Source: Alteraurantiacibacter sp. (GTDB taxonomy: Bacteria > Pseudomonadota > Alphaproteobacteria > Sphingomonadales > Sphingomonadaceae). From it: a stretch of DNA of 64,000 nucleotides. Every line of letters starts with the position of its first letter. Position 1 is the first letter of the stretch. The notes under the pieces were generated by a model. The model was given only the letters and a program-made list of their open reading frames with translations, made no database searches and had not been told where the DNA came from. Below are positions 44,997 through 54,060 of this stretch, in pieces. Location of the stretch: NCBI GenBank assembly GCA_039927835.1, contig JBDSUF010000035.1, positions 83,453-147,452 on the forward strand, given 5' to 3'. The translations under genes and the position numbers were made by a program.

Positions 44997-46519
44997 ATAT
45001 AGGGCACGCGGGCGAACAGCTCACGCTCCCAGCCGCGCGGGTTGTCGACAGTGCCGCTGGCGGTGTCGAATACCATAGTAGTCCGCCTGGCCAGGTCGTA
45101 CGGTGCCCATCCCGGCTCGCCGGTCCGGACGAACCGCACAAAAGCGTCCATCACCGTATCGCTCATCCGGGCTTGCGCCGATGTGGGTTCCGGTGCGGGT
45201 TCCGGTGTGGGTTCGGGCACCGTGCCGAAGGCGAGGCCGATATCGTCGGTGTGCTTCGCCGCCTCGAAATCGAGCTGATAGACGAAGGTGTTCGCGTATC
45301 CCGATCGCGCCCGGGCCTCCGCCTCCTCCACCTGCCCGCGCCAGCTCCTCGCGGCGGTGACGATACGGTGGAATAGCTCCAGCGGCGCGGCGTCAGGATA
45401 ACGGGCGCGGAATTGCTCCACCACCCAGCCGGGGTGAATGTCGATGCGCACTTCCGGTCCGATACGCTCTGCCAGATTGGCGAAGTTGAGGCCCGCCAAT
45501 TGCCTGCTGCCGGGCGCGTAGAAGGCGCGCGTTTCCATCGCGGTATTGCCCAGCAGCATCGGGATATGCGCCGATTGTGGTGGTGCATCGGGCCAGAAGG
45601 GGTGGCGGTGCAAATGCCGCATGTCGAGCACCGGGCCCATGTAGATTCCGCCGCCCAGGATCGGATCGATCGCCTGCAGTGCCTCAATCAGCTGTTCGAC
45701 CGGCGCGGTGGCCGGGTCCAACCCGTCGCCTAGTTCGGCAAGGAAAGCCCGCGTCCGCCGCGCCGCATTGACCGGGCCACTGGCCGTAACCTGCTGCCCG
45801 CTCATGGTGATGGCCTTGTGGAACAGCCCGGCGGCAGCAGGCATCGCCATCAAGGTGGCAATCTTCGCGCCGCCGCCCGATTGGCCGAACAGCGTGACAT
45901 TGGCCGGATCGCCGCCGAACGAAGCGATATTACGCCGCACCCATTGCAGCGCGCAAATCAGATCGAGCTGGCCGTTGTTGCCGCTGCTGGGGAAACGCTC
46001 TGGCAGGTAGAGGTAACCGAGTGCGTTGAGCCGGTGGTTGACCGTTACCACCACCACATCGCCGCGCGCGGCCAAGGCAGCGCCATCGTTGAGCGGGTCG
46101 GTGACCGAGCCGTTGGAGTATGCCCCGCCGTGGAAATAGACCATCACCGGGCGCGGGATTTCGGCGCGCGGCAAGGGCGTCCATACGTTCAGGAACAGGC
46201 AGTCTTCGGACTGCGGCTGGTACGCCGTGCCGCGTTGCGGGCAGGCGGGACCGAAGGCTGTGAAGGAGGTGCGAAACTGCACCGCCTCTCTCACGGGTAC
46301 AGGAGGCTGAAACCGTTCTGCCGTGGCATAACGGATGCCGACGAACGACCGCGCCGCGCCCGCTGCTGTCGTTCTTTCGCGGCTTTCGTAGAACCCGTCC
46401 GGGGTGGCCACGCCATCGGTGGTATCGCGCCAGTAGCTGGTGCCGGTCAGCGCGATCCATGCCCCGGCTGCGCCTGACGCGATCGCCGTGCGGCGGCTGA
46501 ACCCGTCACCGCCGGACAT
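44981..46519 (-). CDS. Type-B carboxylesterase, Tat-like signal
   Basis: SRRTAI; SEDCLFLNVWTP, FHGGAY, GQSGGG (Ser), AKHTDD (His). Confidence 0.88.
   Translation of the reverse strand: MSGGDGFSRRTAIASGAAGAWIALTGTSYWRDTTDGVATPDGFYESRERTTAAGAARSFVGIRYATAERFQPPVPVREAVQFRTSFTAFGPACPQRGTAYQPQSEDCLFLNVWTPLPRAEIPRPVMVYFHGGAYSNGSVTDPLNDGAALAARGDVVVVTVNHRLNALGYLYLPERFPSSGNNGQLDLICALQWVRRNIASFGGDPANVTLFGQSGGGAKIATLMAMPAAAGLFHKAITMSGQQVTASGPVNAARRTRAFLAELGDGLDPATAPVEQLIEALQAIDPILGGGIYMGPVLDMRHLHRHPFWPDAPPQSAHIPMLLGNTAMETRAFYAPGSRQLAGLNFANLAERIGPEVRIDIHPGWVVEQFRARYPDAAPLELFHRIVTAARSWRGQVEEAEARARSGYANTFVYQLDFEAAKHTDDIGLAFGTVPEPTPEPAPEPTSAQARMSDTVMDAFVRFVRTGEPGWAPYDLARRTTMVFDTASGTVDNPRGWERELFARVPYIQPGS
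45182..45217. repeat. 3 x 12-bp tandem repeat encoding PEPT-PEPA-PEPT
   Basis: TGTGGGTTCCGG / TGCGGGTTCCGG / TGTGGGTTCGGG. Confidence 0.85.
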
Positions 46520-47510
46520 CGCCGCCTTGCGCCGAGAAGCCTTCCAGCAGTGCCCGGCTGGCAAGGCACATATCGCCCTGCAGCGAGTGCTTGAGCGCCG
46601 CCAGCGCAAGGCCGTCCGCCGCCATCTGCGCTTCGTTGCCGCCTTCGAGCCAGGCGTGCAATACGCCCGCCGCGAAAGCATCGCCGGTACCAATCCGCTC
46701 GACAATCCCGGTTACCTCGATCTCGTCGGTCTGGTGTGCCCGGGCGCGACTGTCGACGCGGGCGGCAATCCGGTGATGGTCTGCGCTGACCAGATGGCGC
46801 GCGGTTGAGGCAATCAATTCGAGCCGGGGAAACGCGGCGAAAGCAGCCTCTGCCGCCTCGCGCCGCCGGTCGGGCCCGTCGCCCGAAAAATTGCGCCCGA
46901 GCAGCAGGGAAATATCGCGGTGATTGCCGATCATGATCGTCGCGTCCTTGACCAGCTCGGTCAGGATCGCGCGGGCATCGCCGTCCCAAGCATCCCACAA
47001 TTGCGCGCGGTAATTGCCGTCAAAACAGATCGGAACCCCCGCTGCCAGCGCCGCGTCCTGCGCTGCCCGCGCCAGCGACACGCCGTTGGCGCCAAGAGCG
47101 GGAGTAATGCCACCGGTGTGAAGCAGTCGCGCACCCGCCAGCGCGCCAGCAAAATCAATCGCTTCCGCAGCCGCCTTGGCAAAGGCACTGCCCGCGCGGT
47201 CGTAAGTGATGGCTGAGGGGCGCAGACCGGCACCATTCTCCATGAAGTAGAGGCCCATTCGGCCGCTGCCCCGCGCCAGAAAGGCCGTATCGACGCCCGC
47301 CGCGCGCAAGCTGCTGACCGCGCGATCACCCAGCGGATTATCCGCCACCAACCCGGCAAAGCGGACCGTGTGCCCCAGTGATGACAGCCCGGCAGCGACA
47401 TTCGCTTCCGCCCCGCCGACCACCAAGTCCAGCGCGTCCGTTTGCACCATCAGGCGCGCACCGGGCGGTGTGAGCCGGAGCAGCAGTTCGCCAAAGCAGG
47501 TTACCGTCAT
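46506..47510 (-). CDS. kdgK: 2-keto-3-deoxygluconate kinase (PfkB family)
   Basis: FGELLLRL, GGAEANVA, FDGNYR, RIGTGDAFAAG; hexuronate context. Confidence 0.88.
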   Translation of the reverse strand: MTVTCFGELLLRLTPPGARLMVQTDALDLVVGGAEANVAAGLSSLGHTVRFAGLVADNPLGDRAVSSLRAAGVDTAFLARGSGRMGLYFMENGAGLRPSAITYDRAGSAFAKAAAEAIDFAGALAGARLLHTGGITPALGANGVSLARAAQDAALAAGVPICFDGNYRAQLWDAWDGDARAILTELVKDATIMIGNHRDISLLLGRNFSGDGPDRRREAAEAAFAAFPRLELIASTARHLVSADHHRIAARVDSRARAHQTDEIEVTGIVERIGTGDAFAAGVLHAWLEGGNEAQMAADGLALAALKHSLQGDMCLASRALLEGFSAQGGDVRR

Positions 47511-47519
47511 CCCGCCAGC

Positions 47520-48275
47520 CTAGCGCGCCAGCCAGCCGCCGTCGACTGCCAGCACCTGCCCGGTTACATAGTCGGCCGCAGGTGAGGCGAGGAACACTGC
47601 GGCGCCGGCGATATCCTCGGGCCGGCCCCAGCGCCCGGTGGGAATGCGTTCAAGGATTTGCCGGTTGCGCACTTCGTCGCCCTGAAGTGCGGCGGTGTTA
47701 TTGGTGGCGATATAGCCCGGCGCAATCGCGTTGACCTGGACGTTGGCGGGCGCCAGTTCGTTGGCCATCGCCCTGGTCACCCCGGCGACGCCCGACTTGG
47801 CAGCGGCATAGCTGGGGACGCGGATGCCGCCCTGGAAGCTGAGCAGCGAGGCGATGTTGACGATCTTGCCCGAACCCTGCGCCACCATGTGCCGCGCTGC
47901 GGCCTGGCTGAGAAAGAACAGCGACTTCAAGTTGGTATCGACCACCGCGTCCCAATCCTCCTCGGTAAACTGGGCAAGGTCGTTGCGGCGGATGATGCCT
48001 GCATTGTTTACCAGGATGTCGATGCCGCCCATCGCTGAGACCGCCTCGGTCATCACGCGATCCACCGGTGCGATGCTCGATAGGTCGGCGGTGATGTTCA
48101 CGCCCTTGCGACCGGCCGCCGCGATCAACTGCAGGGTTTCGCCCGGTTCGCTGCGCCCGGCGAGCGCGACATCGGACCCGGCCTGCGCCAGCGCGACGGC
48201 GATGGCCTGGCCGATCCCGGTATTGGCGCCGGTGACCAAGGCGCGCTTGCCGGTCAGGTCGAAGGATATCGCCAC
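47520..48275 (-). CDS. kduD: 2-dehydro-3-deoxy-D-gluconate 5-dehydrogenase (SDR)
   Basis: TGANTGIG, NNAGIIRR, SLLSFQGGIRVPSYAAAKSG, VDGGWLAR. GTG start at 48275. Confidence 0.92.
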   Translation of the reverse strand: MAISFDLTGKRALVTGANTGIGQAIAVALAQAGSDVALAGRSEPGETLQLIAAAGRKGVNITADLSSIAPVDRVMTEAVSAMGGIDILVNNAGIIRRNDLAQFTEEDWDAVVDTNLKSLFFLSQAAARHMVAQGSGKIVNIASLLSFQGGIRVPSYAAAKSGVAGVTRAMANELAPANVQVNAIAPGYIATNNTAALQGDEVRNRQILERIPTGRWGRPEDIAGAAVFLASPAADYVTGQVLAVDGGWLAR

Positions 48276-48291
48276 GTTTCGCTCCTGCGGG

Positions 48292-48924
48292 TCAGAGGCT
48301 GCGCAGGTAGGCGGCGATGTCCTGATCCTTGGCGTTGGCATAGAAATGCTCGCCAAACTTCGCGCCAGCAATCGCCGCCTTCAGCAGGTCTTGATCGACC
48401 GCCTTGAGCACGTCGAGCATGTCGCGGCAGCTGGCCCGCTTCAGGTCTTTCAGGATGCCGCGATTGGTGCGCATGATCTCGGCGCGTTCGCGCGGGTAGC
48501 CTTGGCCGCCCTCGCTGGCGAACAGCTTGGCATAGACGTCGCGCAGGTTCAGTTCCGCCGCCCACCCGAAGCCCTTGGCATAGGGCATGGAAATCGCGTT
48601 GCCGTCGTTGATCTGGCTGAACAGGAAGGCGTCGGTCGGATCGATTACCAGACCGCAGAACACGCCGGGCATGGCGTTGCAGGCCAGCATCGAACCCATC
48701 CCGGTGCCGCAGCCCGTGACCACGAAATCGGCCGCTCCGGAATTGAGCAGGATGCCCGTGAGCAGCCCGTTCATCACATAGGTGAGCGAGGCTTCGTCCT
48801 CGGCCGAATACATCCCGTAATTGAACACCTGGTGGCCCAGCGGTTCGGCAACCGAAGTCAGCGCTTCATGGATGATGCCGTTCTTGGCCGCCTGGCTGTT
48901 CTCGGTGATGAGTGCAATTTTCAT
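48292..48924 (-). CDS. RpiB/LacAB-fold isomerase, DhuI-like (4-deoxy-L-threo-5-hexosulose-uronate ketol-isomerase)
   Basis: MKIALITENSQAAKN, TGCGTGMG, GFGWAAELNL; immediately upstream of kduD. Confidence 0.8.
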   Translation of the reverse strand: MKIALITENSQAAKNGIIHEALTSVAEPLGHQVFNYGMYSAEDEASLTYVMNGLLTGILLNSGAADFVVTGCGTGMGSMLACNAMPGVFCGLVIDPTDAFLFSQINDGNAISMPYAKGFGWAAELNLRDVYAKLFASEGGQGYPRERAEIMRTNRGILKDLKRASCRDMLDVLKAVDQDLLKAAIAGAKFGEHFYANAKDQDIAAYLRSL

Positions 48925-49008
48925 AGAACCTCTCTCGCTCGGGGCACCTGCGGGCCGGTCAGGTTGTTGGATCCGCCCGGAATCACCCCGAAGCTAATCG
49001 CCCCGAAT

Positions 49009-49024
49009 TGGTAACCGGTGTCAT
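49009..49024. promoter_or_regulatory. LacI-type operator TGGTAACCGGTGTCAT
   Basis: 85 nt upstream of the isomerase-kduD-kdgK operon. Confidence 0.75.
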
Positions 49025-49075
49025 GACCCATTTAGACGCCCCTCCGGTTGCTTAGCAAGCCCCTATGTCAGCTGC

Positions 49076-50104
49076 CTATGTCAGCGGAGGGGCTACCGAT
49101 GCGCGGCGTACCAGATCTGACAGGAAGCGCGACGGCTGGTCGCCCGCTTCCGCCGGGTTGATCAGCTTGAGCGCCGCTGCCCGCGCCATTGACACGATCG
49201 GCCAGCGCACCGTGGTGAGCGGCGGCCAGATGTGCGCGGCAATCGCGGTATCGTCGAAGCCGATCAGCGACAGGTCGCGCGGAACCTCCATTTCACGCTG
49301 GCGGGCAGCATGCAGCGCGCCGGCGGCCATTTCATCGTTGCTGGCGAAGATTGCGGTCGGGCGAGGTGCTGCCTCGAGCAGGCGACCCGCCGCCGCGACC
49401 CCGGTGTCGAAGGTATAGTTGCCCTGTGCGACCAGTTCAGGCCCGAACGGCAACTTGTGCCTTGCCACGGCTTCGAGGAAGCCCTCGCGTCGTTCCTGCG
49501 CCGAGCGGAAGCCGTTCGGCCCGACGATCAGTCCGATCCGCCGGTGTCCTTGCGAGACCAGATAGTCCACGGCCTTGCCCACCGCCTCGCGGTCGTTCGA
49601 TTCGACCAGATGCGCCGGTTCGTCGAGCTTTGCCGATCCCATCAGCACATAGCCGCACCCCAGATCACGACATACCTGCGCCAGCGCCGGATTCTCCGAT
49701 ATCGGCGGAAGGATCAGCACACCCCACAAGCGTTGCTGCTCAAGGAAACTGCGGACGTTGTCGAGCATGTCGGGCGAGTGCCGGTCGACCGGGCGGACCA
49801 CCAGCGCAAACTCGGTCTCGCGGATCGCCTCAAGCACGCCTTCCTGGAAGTTGAGCACCATCTGGGCGTTGGGATTGTCATGCAGCAGGCCGATCAGAAA
49901 ATTGCGCCCCATGGCCAGCCCGCGCGCCTGCGGGTTGGGCACATAGCCAAGCTGTGCAATCACGCTTTCAACACGCTTGCGCGTTTCGGCGCTCAGCAGG
50001 GGCGAGCGGTTGATGACCCGGCTGACGGTTTTCTTGGATACGCCCGACAGCCGCGCGACATCGTTGATTGTCGGTTGCTGTTCGCGTTTGCGTTCGTCAG
50101 CCAC
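49076..50104 (-). CDS. LacI family transcriptional regulator (HumR-like)
   Basis: PTINDVARLSGVSKKTVSRVIN HTH, YVPNPQARGL hinge, IFASNDEMA. GTG start at 50104. Confidence 0.93.
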   Translation of the reverse strand: MADERKREQQPTINDVARLSGVSKKTVSRVINRSPLLSAETRKRVESVIAQLGYVPNPQARGLAMGRNFLIGLLHDNPNAQMVLNFQEGVLEAIRETEFALVVRPVDRHSPDMLDNVRSFLEQQRLWGVLILPPISENPALAQVCRDLGCGYVLMGSAKLDEPAHLVESNDREAVGKAVDYLVSQGHRRIGLIVGPNGFRSAQERREGFLEAVARHKLPFGPELVAQGNYTFDTGVAAAGRLLEAAPRPTAIFASNDEMAAGALHAARQREMEVPRDLSLIGFDDTAIAAHIWPPLTTVRWPIVSMARAAALKLINPAEAGDQPSRFLSDLVRRASVAPPLT

Positions 50105-50179
50105 GAATGGGCCACTCCCCCTGGAATTTGCCAATGCCGGTGCTTGCAGTTTTGCCCGACACAAGGCAACAGTGAAACC

Positions 50180-50195
50180 ATGACACCGGTTTCCA
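50180..50195. promoter_or_regulatory. LacI-type operator ATGACACCGGTTTCCA overlapping the uxaA start
   Basis: One mismatch to the reverse complement of the 43181/49009 sites. Confidence 0.7.
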
Positions 50196-51703
50196 ATTCG
50201 CACACGCTACTCCGTTGTCACCCGCAGGACAACGTCGCTATCGCCTTGGCCGACCTGCCTGCAGCAGCCGACGCTTCGGACGGAGCGGTGATGGTGCGAC
50301 TGCGCGATCCGGTGGGGCGCGGGCACAAGGTCGCCGTGGCAGCTATCGCCGCTGGCGAGGCGGTCGTGCGTTATGGTGCGATGATCGGACGGGCATGTTG
50401 CGCGATTGCGCCGGGCAGCCATGTCCACACGCACAATCTGGCTACCGCGCTGACAGGCGAAGTCGATTATCGCAGGGTGCCGGCCGGAAAGTCCGACCGG
50501 GGCGGGACAGACCCCCATGCGCCCGCGAGCAGGATGAGCGGCACTTGGCGCGGCTATCGCCGAAAGGACGGTCGGGCGGCGACCCGCAACGAAGTGTGGA
50601 TCCTGCCGACCGTGGGCTGCGTTGCTCCGCTGGCCGAGGAAGCCGGCCGCCTGGCGCACGCGCGCCACGCCGGACGGATTGATGGCGTGTTCGGCTTCGG
50701 CCACCCGCATGGTTGCTCGCAACTGGGGGACGATCTGTCGGGCACGCGCGCGTTGCTCGCTGGCCTCGCTGACAACCCCAATGCCGGCGGGGTGCTGCTG
50801 CTGGGGCTGGGGTGCGAAAGCAACCAGGTCGACGCACTGCTCGCCGCCATCCCCGAGCGCAGCCGGACCAAGGTTCGCGTGCTGCGCGCGCAGGAGCCGG
50901 GCGATGAGATGGTGCGCACGCAGGTCTTGCTCGACGAACTGGTGGACCAATGCGCCGGTGCCACCCGCACCGAAATGCCTCCCGCCGACCTGGTCGTCGG
51001 GCTGAAGTGCGGCGGATCGGACAGCTGGTCGGGCCTAACCGCCAATCCGCTGCTTGGCCTGTTCAGCGATGCGCTTGCCGCTGCCGGAGGCAAGCTGCTG
51101 CTCACCGAGATTCCCGAGATATTCGGGGCCGAGGCAGACCTGCTCGACCGGGCCAGTTCAACCGACGTGCGGCAGCAGGCGGAAGCCATGCTCAACCGCT
51201 TCAAACGCTATTTCCTCGATCAGGGCCAGCCGGTGTCGGATAACCCGTCGCCCGGCAACATCGCCGGGGGTATAACGACGCTCGAGGAAAAATCGCTCGG
51301 TGCGGTGCAGAAGGCCGGGCGGGTGCCACTGGTTGATGTGCTCGGCTATGGCGCGGCTGCGAGCAAGGCCGGGCTGACACTGCTCGAAGCGCCGGGGAAT
51401 GACGCCGTTTCGGCAACCGCGCTGGTCGCGGCCGGGGCGACTGTCGTGCTGTTCACCACCGGTCGCGGAACTCCGCTCGGGTTTCCCGCGCCGACCATCA
51501 AGGTGGCCTCAACCAGTGACCTGGCCGACCGGAAGGCGCACTGGATCGACTTTGATGCAGGCGCGATGCTGGGCCCTGACCGGTCTGGCGTCTGCGCGAG
51601 GTTCAGCGCCTACGTCGCGGCGGTGGCCAGCGGCGAAGCGACCGCATCGGAACGGGCTGCCCAGCGCTCCATCGCCATCTGGAAACGCGGCGTGACGCTG
51701 TGA
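50180..51703 (+). CDS. uxaA: UxaA-family (altronate) dehydratase with SAF domain
   Basis: HPQDNVAIAL, GHKVA, HVHTHN, HPHGCSQLG, GLKCGGSD, GNIAGGITTLEEKSLG, FTTGRGTP. Confidence 0.9.
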   Translation: MTPVSNSHTLLRCHPQDNVAIALADLPAAADASDGAVMVRLRDPVGRGHKVAVAAIAAGEAVVRYGAMIGRACCAIAPGSHVHTHNLATALTGEVDYRRVPAGKSDRGGTDPHAPASRMSGTWRGYRRKDGRAATRNEVWILPTVGCVAPLAEEAGRLAHARHAGRIDGVFGFGHPHGCSQLGDDLSGTRALLAGLADNPNAGGVLLLGLGCESNQVDALLAAIPERSRTKVRVLRAQEPGDEMVRTQVLLDELVDQCAGATRTEMPPADLVVGLKCGGSDSWSGLTANPLLGLFSDALAAAGGKLLLTEIPEIFGAEADLLDRASSTDVRQQAEAMLNRFKRYFLDQGQPVSDNPSPGNIAGGITTLEEKSLGAVQKAGRVPLVDVLGYGAAASKAGLTLLEAPGNDAVSATALVAAGATVVLFTTGRGTPLGFPAPTIKVASTSDLADRKAHWIDFDAGAMLGPDRSGVCARFSAYVAAVASGEATASERAAQRSIAIWKRGVTL

Positions 51704-51735
51704 CGGGAAAGGTGACGGGAAAAACACAATTGCCA

Positions 51736-51751
51736 ATGACACCGGTTTCCT
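51736..51751. promoter_or_regulatory. LacI-type operator ATGACACCGGTTTCCT
   Basis: Upstream of the hydratase-like/exuT genes. Confidence 0.7.
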
Positions 51752-51765
51752 TTAGCTGCTCGAGC

Positions 51766-52572
51766 ATGGGGAGCGATATTCCAGACGACACCAGAATCGG
51801 CACGGCAGCGATTGCCGCAGCATTGGTAGATGCGCGGCGCAACCGGGTTGCGCTCACCGCCTTTCCCGGTGAGCCGCCGCAGGACCTTACTTCCGCCTAT
51901 GCCGTTCAGGACAGTGCGCTCGGTATCTGGAACAAGCGCATCGGCGGCTGGAAGGTCGGTCGGATCAATGCGCCGGACGATGCCAGGCTGGGCGCCAACC
52001 GTCTCGCTGGCCCGATATTCGCGGACAGCATCGTCGACGCGGAATCAGCGGAGCCACCGATGCCGGTCTTCACCGGCGGGTTTGCCGCCGGGGAGGCGGA
52101 ATTCATGCTGCGCCTCGCGCCGCCTGCGGGGGCGACCGCAATGCCAGCCGACGATGCCGAAACGCTCGCGTGGATCGACGCGGTGCGAATCGGGATCGAG
52201 ATCGCCTCATCGCCCTATGCCGCCATCAACGACGACGGCCCTTGCGTGACGATTTCGGACCAGGGCAACAATGCCGGCCTCGTGCTCGGCCTGCCGGTTG
52301 CACGCGAGCTTTGGCCCCGCATCGCGGAGATTGAGGTCGAGACGCTTGTCGATGGCCAGTCGGTCGGAACAGCGACGACGGCCACCATTCTCGATGGCCC
52401 TTTGGGTGCGGTCCGGTTTCTGCTGGGCAATCTGGCCTCACGCGGCATCGTGCCCGAGGCGGGTTGGTGGATTTCGAGCGGCGCGGTCACCGGGGTCCAT
52501 CCGGTGGCCGTCGGGCAGCAAGTCGCCGCCCGCTTTGCTGGAATCGGCGAGGTCCGCTGCCGGATAACGTGA
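51766..52572 (+). CDS. 2-keto-4-pentenoate hydratase (MhpD)-like FAH-superfamily protein
   Basis: AYAVQ, GWKVG, EAEF, IEIASS and SSGAVTG motifs. Start uncertain (51700, 51736 or 51766). Confidence 0.75.
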   Translation: MGSDIPDDTRIGTAAIAAALVDARRNRVALTAFPGEPPQDLTSAYAVQDSALGIWNKRIGGWKVGRINAPDDARLGANRLAGPIFADSIVDAESAEPPMPVFTGGFAAGEAEFMLRLAPPAGATAMPADDAETLAWIDAVRIGIEIASSPYAAINDDGPCVTISDQGNNAGLVLGLPVARELWPRIAEIEVETLVDGQSVGTATTATILDGPLGAVRFLLGNLASRGIVPEAGWWISSGAVTGVHPVAVGQQVAARFAGIGEVRCRIT

Positions 52573-52628
52573 CTATACGACAACGACGTTGATCGAACGA
52601 CCCGCAAAAGTCGGGCGCCACACTGGAG

Positions 52629-53933
52629 ATGGAAATGGCTGAGGCAGGACTGGCGCGGGAGGTAGTGGGCGAAGCCGGCAAGAACGTCGGTCGTCACCGC
52701 TGGGTGGTCGTTGCACTGCTGTTTGCCGCCACCGCCATCAACTACATCGACCGGCAGATGATCGGCGTGCTCAAACCGACCCTGAGTGAGGAGTTCGGGT
52801 GGACCGAGAGCGACTATGCGACCATCGTGTTCTGGTTCCAGGTCGCCTACGCGTTCGGCTACATCAGCTTCGGGCGCGTGGTTGACCGGATCGGCGTGCG
52901 CTCCGGCTATGCCATCGCCATTGTCATCTGGACCGTCAGCCACATGGCTCACGGCTTGGCCAGCGGTGTCATCAGCTTTGCGGCAGCGCGCTTTGGCCTG
53001 GGAGTGGGCGAATCGGGCAATTTCCCTGCCGGTATCCGCGCGGTGACCGACTGGTTCCCGCAGCGCGAGCGGGCCTTTGCCATCGGCCTGTTCAACGCCG
53101 GGGCCAATATCGGCGCTATCGTCACACCCTTGCTGGTGCCGGCGCTGGTGCTCGCTTACGGCTGGCAGGCGGCGTTTTACGTTACCGGTCTGTTCGGCGT
53201 GGCCTGGCTGGTGTGCTGGTGGGCGCTGTATCGCCATCCGACCGAGCACAAGACCGTGACGCCGCGCGAACTGGCGTGGATCCAGCAGGATCCGGTCGAT
53301 CCGGTAAAGCCGATCGCCTGGTCGCGGCTGATCACCATGCGCGAAACATGGGCCTACGCGCTGGGCAAGTTCCTGATCGACCCGATCTGGTGGTTCTTCC
53401 TGTTCTGGCTGCCGGGGTACTTGTTCGATCGCTACGATCTTGACCTCAAGACCTTCGGCCTGCCGCTGGCCGCGATCTACCTGATTTCCGATTTCGGCAG
53501 CGTGGCCGGCGGCTGGATGTCCTCGCGCCTGATCAAGGCCGGTCGCACGCCCAACTTCGCTCGCAAGGCGACGATGGCCTTCTGGGCCTTGTGCGTGACG
53601 CCGATCTGGTTTGCGCAAAGCATCGACAGCGTGTGGGGGGCGGTGCTGGTGATCGGGCTGGCAACGGCGGCACACCAGGCGTTTTCGGCGAATCTCTATA
53701 CCCTGCCGTCAGACGTATTCCCGCGCAACGCGGTCGGATCGGTGATCGGCATTGGCGGCACTGTGGGCGCGCTTGGCGGCATGGGCATGGCCCTGTTCAC
53801 CGGCTGGCTGCTGGACAATACCGGCGGCAATTACTCGGTCCTGTTTGCCATCTGTGCCAGCGCCTACATCGTGGCCCTGATCGTCGTCCACATCCTGACG
53901 CCGAGCCTCGCGCCCGTTGACGTGAAAGACTAA
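52629..53933 (+). CDS. exuT: Hexuronate MFS transporter
   Basis: INYIDRQ, GESGNFP, WFPQRERA, FLIDPIWWFFLFWLP, AHQAFSANL. Confidence 0.9.
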   Translation: MEMAEAGLAREVVGEAGKNVGRHRWVVVALLFAATAINYIDRQMIGVLKPTLSEEFGWTESDYATIVFWFQVAYAFGYISFGRVVDRIGVRSGYAIAIVIWTVSHMAHGLASGVISFAAARFGLGVGESGNFPAGIRAVTDWFPQRERAFAIGLFNAGANIGAIVTPLLVPALVLAYGWQAAFYVTGLFGVAWLVCWWALYRHPTEHKTVTPRELAWIQQDPVDPVKPIAWSRLITMRETWAYALGKFLIDPIWWFFLFWLPGYLFDRYDLDLKTFGLPLAAIYLISDFGSVAGGWMSSRLIKAGRTPNFARKATMAFWALCVTPIWFAQSIDSVWGAVLVIGLATAAHQAFSANLYTLPSDVFPRNAVGSVIGIGGTVGALGGMGMALFTGWLLDNTGGNYSVLFAICASAYIVALIVVHILTPSLAPVDVKD

Positions 53934-54060
53934 AGCTCAAGCAGTACATCGACGAACGGAAGTTAGCCGCAGCCGGCGTGCATCGCCCCAGGCAGGCGCG
54001 GCTGCACCCGATTGCGTTATCCGTCTGTCGCAAGGCTGCGGTATCACCCGCCAAGGTAAA

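Noticed and set aside
49232-51703. 823-aa ORF as a fused UxaA
   Set aside because: The N-terminal 316 aa are antisense to the LacI gene; UxaA starts at 50180.
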